From Thermotogota bacterium (lineage in GTDB: Bacteria; Thermotogota; Thermotogae; Petrotogales; Kosmotogaceae), in NCBI GenBank assembly GCA_034660555.1, contig JAYEJL010000183.1, positions 1 to 33,184 of the forward strand: a stretch of 33,184 nucleotides of DNA, read 5' to 3'. Position numbers and translations under genes: made by a program. A model generated the notes under the pieces. It saw only the letters and a list, made by a program, of their open reading frames with translations. It was not told the origin of the DNA and searched no databases. Every line of letters begins with the position of its first letter. Position 1 is the first letter of the stretch. Positions 10,594-19,010 of the stretch are shown one piece after another.

Positions 10594-11496
10594 ATGACGT
10601 ACAAAGAAATCATCAACTGGCTATTAGATGGTGATATATCGATCCAGTATCAGACAAAGAGAGACCTTTTTGTTGAAGAATCGAAAGAATTACAGAATCT
10701 TAGAAAGAAAATAGAGAAAGAAGGCTGGGGAAAAGATTTTGCTGATAAAAAAAGGAAAGATGGATTATGGGGAAATGGAGTTCATTCTCCTAAATGGATA
10801 TCTACTCATTATACTTTGATGGTCCTTAAGAGTCTTTGTATAGATCCCCATAATAAAGAAGCGAGAGAAGCTGCAAAACTACTAATTGATAAGGGACACG
10901 GGAAACGCGGAGATTTATGTATTACAGGTATGTCACTCGGTTTCTATTCATATTTTGGAGTTCTTGTTGACAAGTATAAGCCTTATATAGATTACATACT
11001 TGAGAAGCAATTTGAAGATGGCGGCTGGAATTGCTGTTATAAAGAAGGGGCAACACATAGCTCTGTACATACTACTATAAACGTACTTGAAGGCTTGCTA
11101 GAATTCAGAAAAACAGGCAAACAGTACAGAAATAAAGGGATTTTATCAGCTGAGAAAAGAGCACAGGAATTCTTACTTCAGCATAGACTTTTTAAATCAC
11201 ATCGAACAGGTGAAGTGATGAATATCAAAATGACAAGATTGTCTTTTCCTTCGCGCTGGTACTACGACATTTTAAGGTCATTAGAATATTTCAGAAATAC
11301 AGGTGCCAGCTACGATGAAAGGATGGATGACTCTATCCTACTGATTTTGAAGAAAAGAAGAAAAGACGGTACCTGGCCTTTGCAGCAAAAGCACAAAGGA
11401 AAAGTACATTTTGATATGGAAACACCAGGCAAGCCAAGTAGATGGAATACATTGCGTGCTCTACGGACGCTTAAGTATTTTGGAAAGATCGCCTAA
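10594..11496 (+). CDS. Conserved alpha/alpha-barrel (prenyltransferase/squalene-cyclase-like fold) protein, function unknown
   Basis: WLLDGDISIQYQ, PKWISTHYTL, QFEDGGWNC (QW-like repeat), SSVHTTINVLEGL, FPSRWYYDILR, WNTLRALR. Start is ATG 10594 or 10543. Confidence 0.7.
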   Translation: MTYKEIINWLLDGDISIQYQTKRDLFVEESKELQNLRKKIEKEGWGKDFADKKRKDGLWGNGVHSPKWISTHYTLMVLKSLCIDPHNKEAREAAKLLIDKGHGKRGDLCITGMSLGFYSYFGVLVDKYKPYIDYILEKQFEDGGWNCCYKEGATHSSVHTTINVLEGLLEFRKTGKQYRNKGILSAEKRAQEFLLQHRLFKSHRTGEVMNIKMTRLSFPSRWYYDILRSLEYFRNTGASYDERMDDSILLILKKRRKDGTWPLQQKHKGKVHFDMETPGKPSRWNTLRALRTLKYFGKIA

Positions 11497-11537
11497 TTTT
11501 TTGCAGAAACTCCATACCTGACTTTTTAAAAAATGTC

Positions 11538-12278
11538 TTACGTTTTAATCCATAAAGTTTTTGCAGTTACTACCGTTTCATTGTTTTTCAGCATTTCATG
11601 GTAAAGGTTAAGTTGCTGGCCTTTCTTTTCAGAGTAGCTGGATACTGTAACGCATTCATTTACGAGAACTTCTTTCTTGTACGAAATAGTAACCTCATTA
11701 AGCGAATAGTTTCTGTAAGTTAATTCCGGAAGGCTGTCTAATATCCAGCGGATATAAACGACATTATTTACATGTTGATTTGTATCAATATCAGAATCGA
11801 TTGCTATGAACTCTTTATGTGAGTATTTATTTGATTTATTAATATTGTCTGAAGCAAAAGATATTGGCTTTTCCTTACCGGATAACTTATAGAAATTTGT
11901 AAGCTTGCTGTTAATCCTAACGGGTTTTTTCTTTTTACTGTCAATGAGTAACCACAAAGAATTGGCTTTAACTATTGTTTCGTTATTAAAGGAAAGGTCA
12001 AATTTTCTATAAGCATAGTATCTGTCCATAGCGTGAGGCCAGGTTCTCGCAGTAATTGTATCTCCAAAAATAGGTTGTTGTCCATTCAATTTTATATGCC
12101 ATTTTAGGAGCAACCAATTTAAATCACTAGCTTGAAGATATTTTCTTCTTTGGGGATTGTTTTTATTTTCTAGAGTAACAACATCATTGAAGTAATTTAG
12201 AATCGATTTGAGTGTAAGTTTCCAATTTTTATCTATTTCATGATATCTAACTCTATATGTTTCTATTTCTTCATTCAT
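11538..12278 (-). CDS. Acyl-ACP thioesterase (double hot-dog, FatA/B-like)
   Basis: YRVRYHEID, W..L..W, ARTW, SLWLLID, DIDTNQHVNNVVYIRW motif. Confidence 0.88.
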   Translation of the reverse strand: MNEEIETYRVRYHEIDKNWKLTLKSILNYFNDVVTLENKNNPQRRKYLQASDLNWLLLKWHIKLNGQQPIFGDTITARTWPHAMDRYYAYRKFDLSFNNETIVKANSLWLLIDSKKKKPVRINSKLTNFYKLSGKEKPISFASDNINKSNKYSHKEFIAIDSDIDTNQHVNNVVYIRWILDSLPELTYRNYSLNEVTISYKKEVLVNECVTVSSYSEKKGQQLNLYHEMLKNNETVVTAKTLWIKT

Positions 12279-12778
12279 CTTTGAATTTCCATCTTTCTAA
12301 GTATTCTTTTAATAAATGGTTCCTTTGATTTTGTATATTCTTTACTCTGGAATTGATATTTTTCGGCAAGATCCATTTTCAGTTTACAGTATTCATCACG
12401 TACATCGGGATGATTTCTTAGATATTCTCTAAAGAAGATATGTGTCCTCCAAAAATCAGAATTTCTTTCCACCATATGTATATGAAAACCAGGCTTATCA
12501 AAATAACGCCTTTCAGGTATCGAATCTTCAGCTTCCGGCTGGTATTTGTAACCCAGTGCGGTAAGGGGTCTAATAAGTTTTTCAAAATCTTCTATTCCTT
12601 CAATTCCTATCATGATATCAATAATTGGTTTGGCACATAAATATGGAACAGATGTACTTCCAATATGTTCAATATTGATACTTTCTTTACCAAACTCAAT
12701 TCTCATTTTTGAGCGTTCTTTTTGAAAAACTTCCGGCCAGTGTGGATTATAAGGAACGATTTTTACTGGTTTATCCAT
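12275..12778 (-). CDS. GrpB / UPF0157 family nucleotidyltransferase-fold protein
   Basis: [40 protein letters not shown]. Confidence 0.9.
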   Translation of the reverse strand: MDKPVKIVPYNPHWPEVFQKERSKMRIEFGKESINIEHIGSTSVPYLCAKPIIDIMIGIEGIEDFEKLIRPLTALGYKYQPEAEDSIPERRYFDKPGFHIHMVERNSDFWRTHIFFREYLRNHPDVRDEYCKLKMDLAEKYQFQSKEYTKSKEPFIKRILRKMEIQR

Positions 12779-12799
12779 TTTTTTACCCCCCCTTGTAAA

Positions 12800-14524
12800 T
12801 TACATACCAGGGATATAGCCTTTAAATTGTGCTTTATAGAGCCTTGAATAATGGCCACTTTTTCAAGGAGCACTTCATGACTACCCCGTTCAATTATACC
12901 CTTTTGTGTTATTACAACAATCTTATCGGCATGCTTTATTGTAGAAAGTCTGTGTGCAATTACAAGGGTAGTCCTTCCTTTAGTTAGCTTCAGAAGGGAA
13001 GCTTGAATTTTCAACTCTGTTTCGTTATCGAGAGAGGAAGTTGCTTCATCAAGAATAAGTATCTGGGGATCTTTCAGGAATACTCTGGCAATAGAAATTC
13101 TTTGTTTTTGTCCTCCAGATAGGAGAACTACTTTTTCACCAATGTAGGTTTCGTATCCATTTTCAAGGGTCATTATAAAGTCATGAATACTAGCTTTTTC
13201 CGCTGCTTCGATAACCTCATTGTACGTGGCATCGCCTCTTCCGTATGCAATATTATCTTTAATGGTGCGGCGAAAAGGAAAACATCCTGCTGGACAATAC
13301 CAATATTCTTTCTCAGAGACCTCAATTTTATGTCCCTGATATCAATACCATCGATAGTTATTTGTCCTTTATCTATTTCATAAAATCTGGGTATTAAATG
13401 ACACAGTGTAGTTTTCCCACCTCCTGATGGCCCGGCCAGTGCCAGTGTCTGTCCCGAAGGTATGGAAAGATTGATATTTTCCAGCACATTTCCACCACCA
13501 TTGTACGAGAACGTAACATCCTTTATTTCGATATTTCCTTTTATATTCTTAAGTTCTACGGCATCTTCTTTGTCTTTAATCTCGGGTTTGGTCTCCATTA
13601 TTTCAACAAATCGTTTAAATCCTACCATGCCTTCTTCAAACTGCTGTGCAAACTGCATTAGTCGTCTTATGGGTTGAAGGAAGATCTCAATATATAAGAA
13701 ATAGGCTACCAGAGATCCAAAAGTAATGTAACCTTTAAAATAAAAGAAACCACCAAACGCCAGGACAGCTAATTTCAGCATATTTGAAAAGAAGTTAATT
13801 CCTGTTGTGAATTCCGCCATTGTTTTAAAGGTGTATTCTCTAGATTCTTTAAATTCCTGATTACCTTCATCAAATTTATCCATTTCATAATCTTCATTTG
13901 TATACGACTGAGCAACCCTTATACCTGAAATGCTGTTTTCCAGTCTGGCATTTACGTTTGCAATTCTTCTTCTAACATATCTAAATGCTTTTCCCATCTT
14001 TTTTCTCTTATTCATGCCAAACCAAAGGGTATGAATGCAAAAATAATAAGTGTTAACCAGACATTTGTAAACATGAGAATTATAAATGCTCCAATCAATG
14101 TAACCATTGATATAAATAGATCCTCAGGGCCGTGATGTGCAAGCTCTGTAACATTTCTCAAGTCGTTTACGATCCTGGACATTATCTTTCCTGTCCTTAC
14201 GTTATCGAAGTAACTGAATGAAAGTGTTTGAAGATGTGAAAATATATCATTCCTCATGTCGTATTCCATCCTGACGCCAACAACATGTCCCCAGTAGTTA
14301 ACAATATAATGAAATGCAGCTCTAACGATATATAGACCAAGCATAACAAGAGCCATAATTAAAAGAGCTCTCATGTTACCATTAGGGATGTGAACATCGA
14401 GTACCTGCTGGGTAAAAATCGGAAATACTAGATCAATTCCTGACATTAAGAAAGCACAGGTCATGTCCAGTATGAATAGTTTTAAGTGTGGTTTATAATA
14501 GGAAATAAATCTCTTTAAAAGCAT
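12800..14524 (-). pseudogene. ABC exporter, fused permease/ATPase (MsbA/Sav1866-like), split by three frameshifts
   Basis: The three ORF-track pieces are collinear parts of one ~575-aa protein. Shifts lie at ~14025 (IP|WFGMNKR), ~13268 ([12 protein letters not shown]) and ~12858 ([21 protein letters not shown], stop 12800-12802). GGAGG RBS before ATG 14524. Confidence 0.88.
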
Positions 14525-14576
14525 AAAACCTCCAAAATTTATTGTATCAAAATAAATATTTCTTATATCTAAATTA

Positions 14577-14605
14577 ATCATAAAACGCCTGATAATTTAT
14601 GTCAA
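14577..14605 (-). promoter_or_regulatory. Sigma70-type promoter of the ABC exporter / grpB / thioesterase unit
   Basis: Minus strand TTGACA-N17-TATGAT, ~50 nt upstream of ATG 14524. Confidence 0.65.
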
Positions 14606-14702
14606 GGTTAGCTTTCCTAATTATTATTTAATGAAAAGAACTCTGGCTTATTCTACAACGTCTAATATCAGTATTAATTTCGTTAACAGGGTGGTGATTT
14701 TA

Positions 14703-15962
14703 GTGAGAAGAACTTTTCTTATTTTGGAAATTTTCTGTCTGATAATTGGTACTATGGTTTTTTCTAGTGAAACGATATTTGTTTTTAACAACTTCTCTTT
14801 TGTTGTGGGTGAAGTTGAGATTAATAAAGATCAATACACGATAGAAATACCAAAGGACGTGTCATTTGATGAGAATAGTTTTATGCTAAATAACGCTCCT
14901 TCTCATACTCAAATTAGTTTTACCCGACCTGATAGTCTTACTACTCTTTACGAGAAAAATCTTGGCAAAGCAATTGAATTTGTTTTTGAAAGTGGTAAAA
15001 AGTTGAGTTTAACAGTTATTTCTAGTCTTCCTGTTTTAAAGGATCAGTATAGAAAGCTATATTACAAACCTCAGGGATATCCTATCTTTGAAAACACTGA
15101 TTACAGGAATAATTATACGGTAAATATTGATTTCCCCTCTACGTTTGAAGGAAAACTCACCTATTCTTACTTATTAAGAGGAACTCAGTGGAATACCAGT
15201 TACAGACTTGATATTGAGGAAGGTAAAGCAAAATTTACAGGCAACTACATTATAGATCTTGGTTTTCTTACTGAAAACAGAGAATTGTATCTGGTTTCTG
15301 GAAATGTCAAAGCCCCTCAATTTGTTGAAGATGTTGTTGAAAGAGGTATGGATAATCGGGTAAAAGCATTTGCTGCTGAATCGGTTGGTATGATTGAAAG
15401 CACACCAGATATTCGCGTTTACTCGGTTGAAACCCCTCTAAAAGATACAAAGGTAGAGTACACATTTTTCTCAAGTGTAATTGATCTAAGAAAAGAATAT
15501 GTGTTTAGACCAACATATTTTGGTCAGCTGGAAAGTGTTTTCATTGATTATATTTCAGAGGATTTTGATTTTGAGTTACCCGAGGGAACTGTTCAAATTT
15601 TTGATGGTAATCGTTATGCGGGATATAGTGTAATAGATAAAACAATTTCAGGTGAAGACTTAGTGTTGAAAGGAGCTTCCCGTTCTATTGAGGTAAAAGG
15701 AAGATTTATAAGAAAATATGATGGATTATATCATGATATGAGGGAATATGAGAATTATTATACCGTAACAAATCTATCTAACGAAGAACAAACAGTTTAC
15801 ATAGAAGATTCTTTACCAGTTAATTCACAGATCAACAACGTGCTTCTAAGCGATAATTCTGTAGATATCTCAGTAAATCCTGTGGGGGAATTTAGATTTG
15901 AAGTGAATGTGAAAGGTAAGGATTCGATTGAATTGTTTATAGATTACTCTGTTCCAAAATAG
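14703..15962 (+). CDS. Secreted DUF4139-like protein
   Basis: Signal peptide after GTG 14703 (GGGTGGTG RBS). YSYLLRGTQWNTSYRL, LYLVSGNV, LPEGTVQIFD and YTVTN...VYIEDSLP resemble DUF4139-family elements. Confidence 0.6.
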   Translation: MRRTFLILEIFCLIIGTMVFSSETIFVFNNFSFVVGEVEINKDQYTIEIPKDVSFDENSFMLNNAPSHTQISFTRPDSLTTLYEKNLGKAIEFVFESGKKLSLTVISSLPVLKDQYRKLYYKPQGYPIFENTDYRNNYTVNIDFPSTFEGKLTYSYLLRGTQWNTSYRLDIEEGKAKFTGNYIIDLGFLTENRELYLVSGNVKAPQFVEDVVERGMDNRVKAFAAESVGMIESTPDIRVYSVETPLKDTKVEYTFFSSVIDLRKEYVFRPTYFGQLESVFIDYISEDFDFELPEGTVQIFDGNRYAGYSVIDKTISGEDLVLKGASRSIEVKGRFIRKYDGLYHDMREYENYYTVTNLSNEEQTVYIEDSLPVNSQINNVLLSDNSVDISVNPVGEFRFEVNVKGKDSIELFIDYSVPK

Positions 15963-15979
15963 TTTGAAAGAAAATCAAT

Positions 15980-16006
15980 AAAGCCAGGTTGAAGCCTGGC
16001 TTTTTT
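15980..16006. terminator. Bidirectional Rho-independent terminator between convergent genes
   Basis: AAAGCCAGG-ttgaag-CCTGGCTTT with a T run on + and an A-rich run on the left. Confidence 0.8.
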
Positions 16007-16021
16007 GATTATTTGTGAAAT

Positions 16022-16855
16022 TTATCCTTTCAAACCGGTCAGCGCAATGCCTTTGATAAAATATTTCTGAGCAATAAGGAATACTATTATTAGAGGCGCT
16101 ATAACTATACAGGCTCCAGCCATTTGAAGAGCTATCCTTTCCGTATACTGCCCGCCAAGAACGGAAACAGCTACCGGTAACGTGTACATGCTTTCGTCCT
16201 GTGCAATAATCAATGGCCACAAGAAAGAGTTCCATGAACCTGTAAATGTAAAAATCGTTATGGCGGCAAGTGCCGGTTTGGTAAGAGGAAGAATGATCTT
16301 AAAAAATATGAAACCCTCGTTTGCACCATCTATTTTGGCTGCGTCAATCAATTCATCAGGAAGTGATTTGATAAATTGCCTCATGAAAAATATGTTGAAT
16401 GCATTTGCGATTGGTGGAAATATCAATCCTTCATAAGTATTTACAAGACTCATCTGATTTAGCATGAGAAAAACAGGAATCATTGTTATTTGACCAGGGA
16501 CCATAAGTGTACCTAGAACAATGAGAAAGAGTTTTTCTCTTCCTCTAAATTTAAACTTCGCAAACCCATAACCTGCCATAGAAGACAACATTACAGAAAG
16601 AAATGTGATAGATAGTGCAACTATAACTGTATTCATAAACGGTCTACCAAAATTCATGGCATCAAAGAGATCTGTGTAGTTTTCTAACGTGGGCTTATTG
16701 GGTATCCATCTTGGGGGGATAAGATAGACTTCTTCTGGTAGTTTAAAGGATGTTGAAACCATCCATGCAAAGGGGACTATCATTATTAGGGAGCCAAAAA
16801 ATAAAACTGAGTGGATACCGATTTGACCAAAAAATGATGTTTTTTTCTTTCTCAT
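16022..16855 (-). CDS. Carbohydrate ABC transporter (CUT1) permease, MalG-type
   Basis: EAA loop ELIDAAKIDGANE, WNSFLWPL, six TMs. Confidence 0.93.
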   Translation of the reverse strand: MRKKKTSFFGQIGIHSVLFFGSLIMIVPFAWMVSTSFKLPEEVYLIPPRWIPNKPTLENYTDLFDAMNFGRPFMNTVIVALSITFLSVMLSSMAGYGFAKFKFRGREKLFLIVLGTLMVPGQITMIPVFLMLNQMSLVNTYEGLIFPPIANAFNIFFMRQFIKSLPDELIDAAKIDGANEGFIFFKIILPLTKPALAAITIFTFTGSWNSFLWPLIIAQDESMYTLPVAVSVLGGQYTERIALQMAGACIVIAPLIIVFLIAQKYFIKGIALTGLKG

Positions 16856-16866
16856 TTATAACCCCC

Positions 16867-17739
16867 TTATGTTGATTTTGTTGCTCTCATCCGTAGTAAT
16901 GTCATTCCCATTATAATCAGGAAGAGAATGACAGCTATGGTTGAGGCATATCCAAGATTGAAGTACTGGAATCCCTGCTCATAGAGATATAGAACAATCG
17001 ATAATGTAGAATTTAGCGGACCTCCACCAGTTAACATATATGGTTCCTGGAAGAGTTGAAGATAACCTATTATCATCATCACTGTCACAAAAAGCATAGT
17101 AGGTCTCAACATTGGTAACGTAACGTGGATAAACTTTTGCCATCTTGTAGCACCATCCAGTTCAGCAACCTCATATAAATATTCTGGAATATTTTGCAAT
17201 CCTGCTAAAAATAGAATCATGTTGTATCCAATAGCTCGCCATACTACAAGCATTATTACCGATGGCATTGTCCATGCAGGATCTCCCAACCAGTTTGGCC
17301 CTTCAATACCGATCAGTCCTAAGAGGTAGTTCATAATTCCATATTGTGAGTTCAGTATCCATCTCCAAACAATGGCAATGGCAACAGTATTTGTTATAAA
17401 GGTCAAATAGTAGCTTACTTTAAAGAAGTTTTTAAAGTATGTCTGTTCTCTGTTTAACATTATGGCTGAACCGAGTGCAAGTATTACCGTTACAGGTAAT
17501 GCTACGATTAAACAATAAAAGGTATTAAATAAGGCTTTCCAGAATAATTCATCCTTAAAAAGCTCTGTAAAATTTTCAAACCCAATGAAACTGGCCTTAC
17601 TCCAGTCATACATTGCAAAAGCGCCAAAATTGGTTAAACTCAAGAAGAATGAAAAAAATATGGGTATTATAAGAAAAATAAACATTAGTGTTATCGAGGG
17701 TCCGATGAATAAAATTATTGACAGAAAACGGGTTTTCAT
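16867..17739 (-). CDS. Carbohydrate ABC transporter (CUT1) permease, MalF-type
   Basis: GFENF..LF.D..FW, EAA loop YLYEVAELDGATRWQKF, TGGGPLNST. Confidence 0.93.
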   Translation of the reverse strand: MKTRFLSIILFIGPSITLMFIFLIIPIFFSFFLSLTNFGAFAMYDWSKASFIGFENFTELFKDELFWKALFNTFYCLIVALPVTVILALGSAIMLNREQTYFKNFFKVSYYLTFITNTVAIAIVWRWILNSQYGIMNYLLGLIGIEGPNWLGDPAWTMPSVIMLVVWRAIGYNMILFLAGLQNIPEYLYEVAELDGATRWQKFIHVTLPMLRPTMLFVTVMMIIGYLQLFQEPYMLTGGGPLNSTLSIVLYLYEQGFQYFNLGYASTIAVILFLIIMGMTLLRMRATKST

Positions 17740-17767
17740 AAGTCTACTTCCCTTTATAAGAAATAAT

Positions 17768-17794
17768 AACCACCCTTTACAAGAAAGGGTGGTT
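17768..17794 (-). terminator. Intra-operon stem-loop downstream of the solute-binding protein gene
   Basis: Perfect 11-bp stem AACCACCCTTT-acaag-AAAGGGTGGTT between the SBP stop and the permease start. Confidence 0.7.
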
Positions 17795-17801
17795 GTTTTG
17801 A

Positions 17802-18998
17802 TTATCTCAGAATTTTCTCGATATCTCTTTTCATTGCTAATGCTGCTTCTTCAGGAGTCTTAACACCATAGCATGCTTCTTCAAGTCTTCTTGATATTGC
17901 TCTTGCAATCTCTTCATATTCAGGAATAGTTAAAGGTGCTCTTGCATCTTTTAATTGTTCACCAAAAAGACTGATCATGGGTTTTTCAGCAAGTGCTGGT
18001 TCTTCCCACACTGATTTTACAGCTGGGAGAGAGGCCAGGATGTTGTACCATTCCAATTGTGTATCATGAGAGGACATAAATTCGATAAATTTCCAGGCAT
18101 CTTCTTTGTTTTTGGATGTCTTGAACAAAACCCAGTTACTACCACCAATAAATGAAGTCCGTGATTCTTTCTTTGGCATTAAGGCTACATCCCATTTTCC
18201 ATCAATTTGTGGTGTTTGTTGTCTGGTTAGGCTTACCATCCAAGGACCGGAGAAATAAATGGGTGTATAGCCTGAAGCAAATTCCTGAATGATGTTTCCA
18301 CCACCACCTTTGGGTGAAATATCTTCTTTGAAAAATCTTGCATAATATTCTATGGCTTCGATAAATTCAGGAGAGTCAACCGTGATATTTCCTTCATCAT
18401 CAAGTATTCTTCCTCCATTTTGCCATACGAAGGGGAAGAATTGCTGTACTTCGTTTGTCATAAGTGAAATACCGTAATTACCTTTTCGTCCTGCCAGCTT
18501 CTTCGATATTTCATAAAGCTCTTCCCAATTATCAGGCGCTTTATCGTAACCTGCTTCTTTGAGAAGATCGGTTCTGTAGAACATAACCCTAATATCCACA
18601 TACCACGGAATTCCATATATTCCGTCCTGCAATGATACGGTTTGCCAGGAAGCATCGAAAAAATGATCTTCAGTAATAATGTCTGATTTTTCAATATATG
18701 GTGTTAGTTCTTCGAAAACTCCCATGGCACCAAATCCAGCCATCCAGGTAGTACCCATTTGAGCGATATCTGGTAGTCTTCTAGCAGCGATTCCTGTAAG
18801 TAATTTATCATAAGCATTATCCCAGGGTATTGCCTGAACATCTATTGTTATGTCTGGATTCTGTTCTTCAAAAACACTGGCAATCTTACCAAGTTGTTTT
18901 GCTTCTTCACCCATCGCCCAGATCTTTACTGTTGAACTATAAATTGAAACAGAAAAAATCAAGAGAACAATAACTGATAAAAGAATTTTCTTGTTCAT
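17802..18998 (-). CDS. Sugar ABC transporter solute-binding protein (SBP family 1)
   Basis: Signal peptide without lipobox; WAMGEE, FEEQNPDI, PDIAQMGTTW, YGIPWYVD, FYRTDLL, SGPW, SFIGGS. Confidence 0.92.
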   Translation of the reverse strand: MNKKILLSVIVLLIFSVSIYSSTVKIWAMGEEAKQLGKIASVFEEQNPDITIDVQAIPWDNAYDKLLTGIAARRLPDIAQMGTTWMAGFGAMGVFEELTPYIEKSDIITEDHFFDASWQTVSLQDGIYGIPWYVDIRVMFYRTDLLKEAGYDKAPDNWEELYEISKKLAGRKGNYGISLMTNEVQQFFPFVWQNGGRILDDEGNITVDSPEFIEAIEYYARFFKEDISPKGGGGNIIQEFASGYTPIYFSGPWMVSLTRQQTPQIDGKWDVALMPKKESRTSFIGGSNWVLFKTSKNKEDAWKFIEFMSSHDTQLEWYNILASLPAVKSVWEEPALAEKPMISLFGEQLKDARAPLTIPEYEEIARAISRRLEEACYGVKTPEEAALAMKRDIEKILR

Positions 18999-19010
18999 TG
19001 GTGCACCTCC

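Noticed and set aside
10594..12278. Cyclase-like protein plus acyl-ACP thioesterase as a lipid biosynthesis cluster
   Set aside because: The genes are convergent, belong to different transcription units, and no other lipid genes are nearby.
13160..14030. Programmed frameshifting or a natively split transporter
   Set aside because: Three separate breaks fall inside conserved domains without slippery heptamers; decay or error is more parsimonious.
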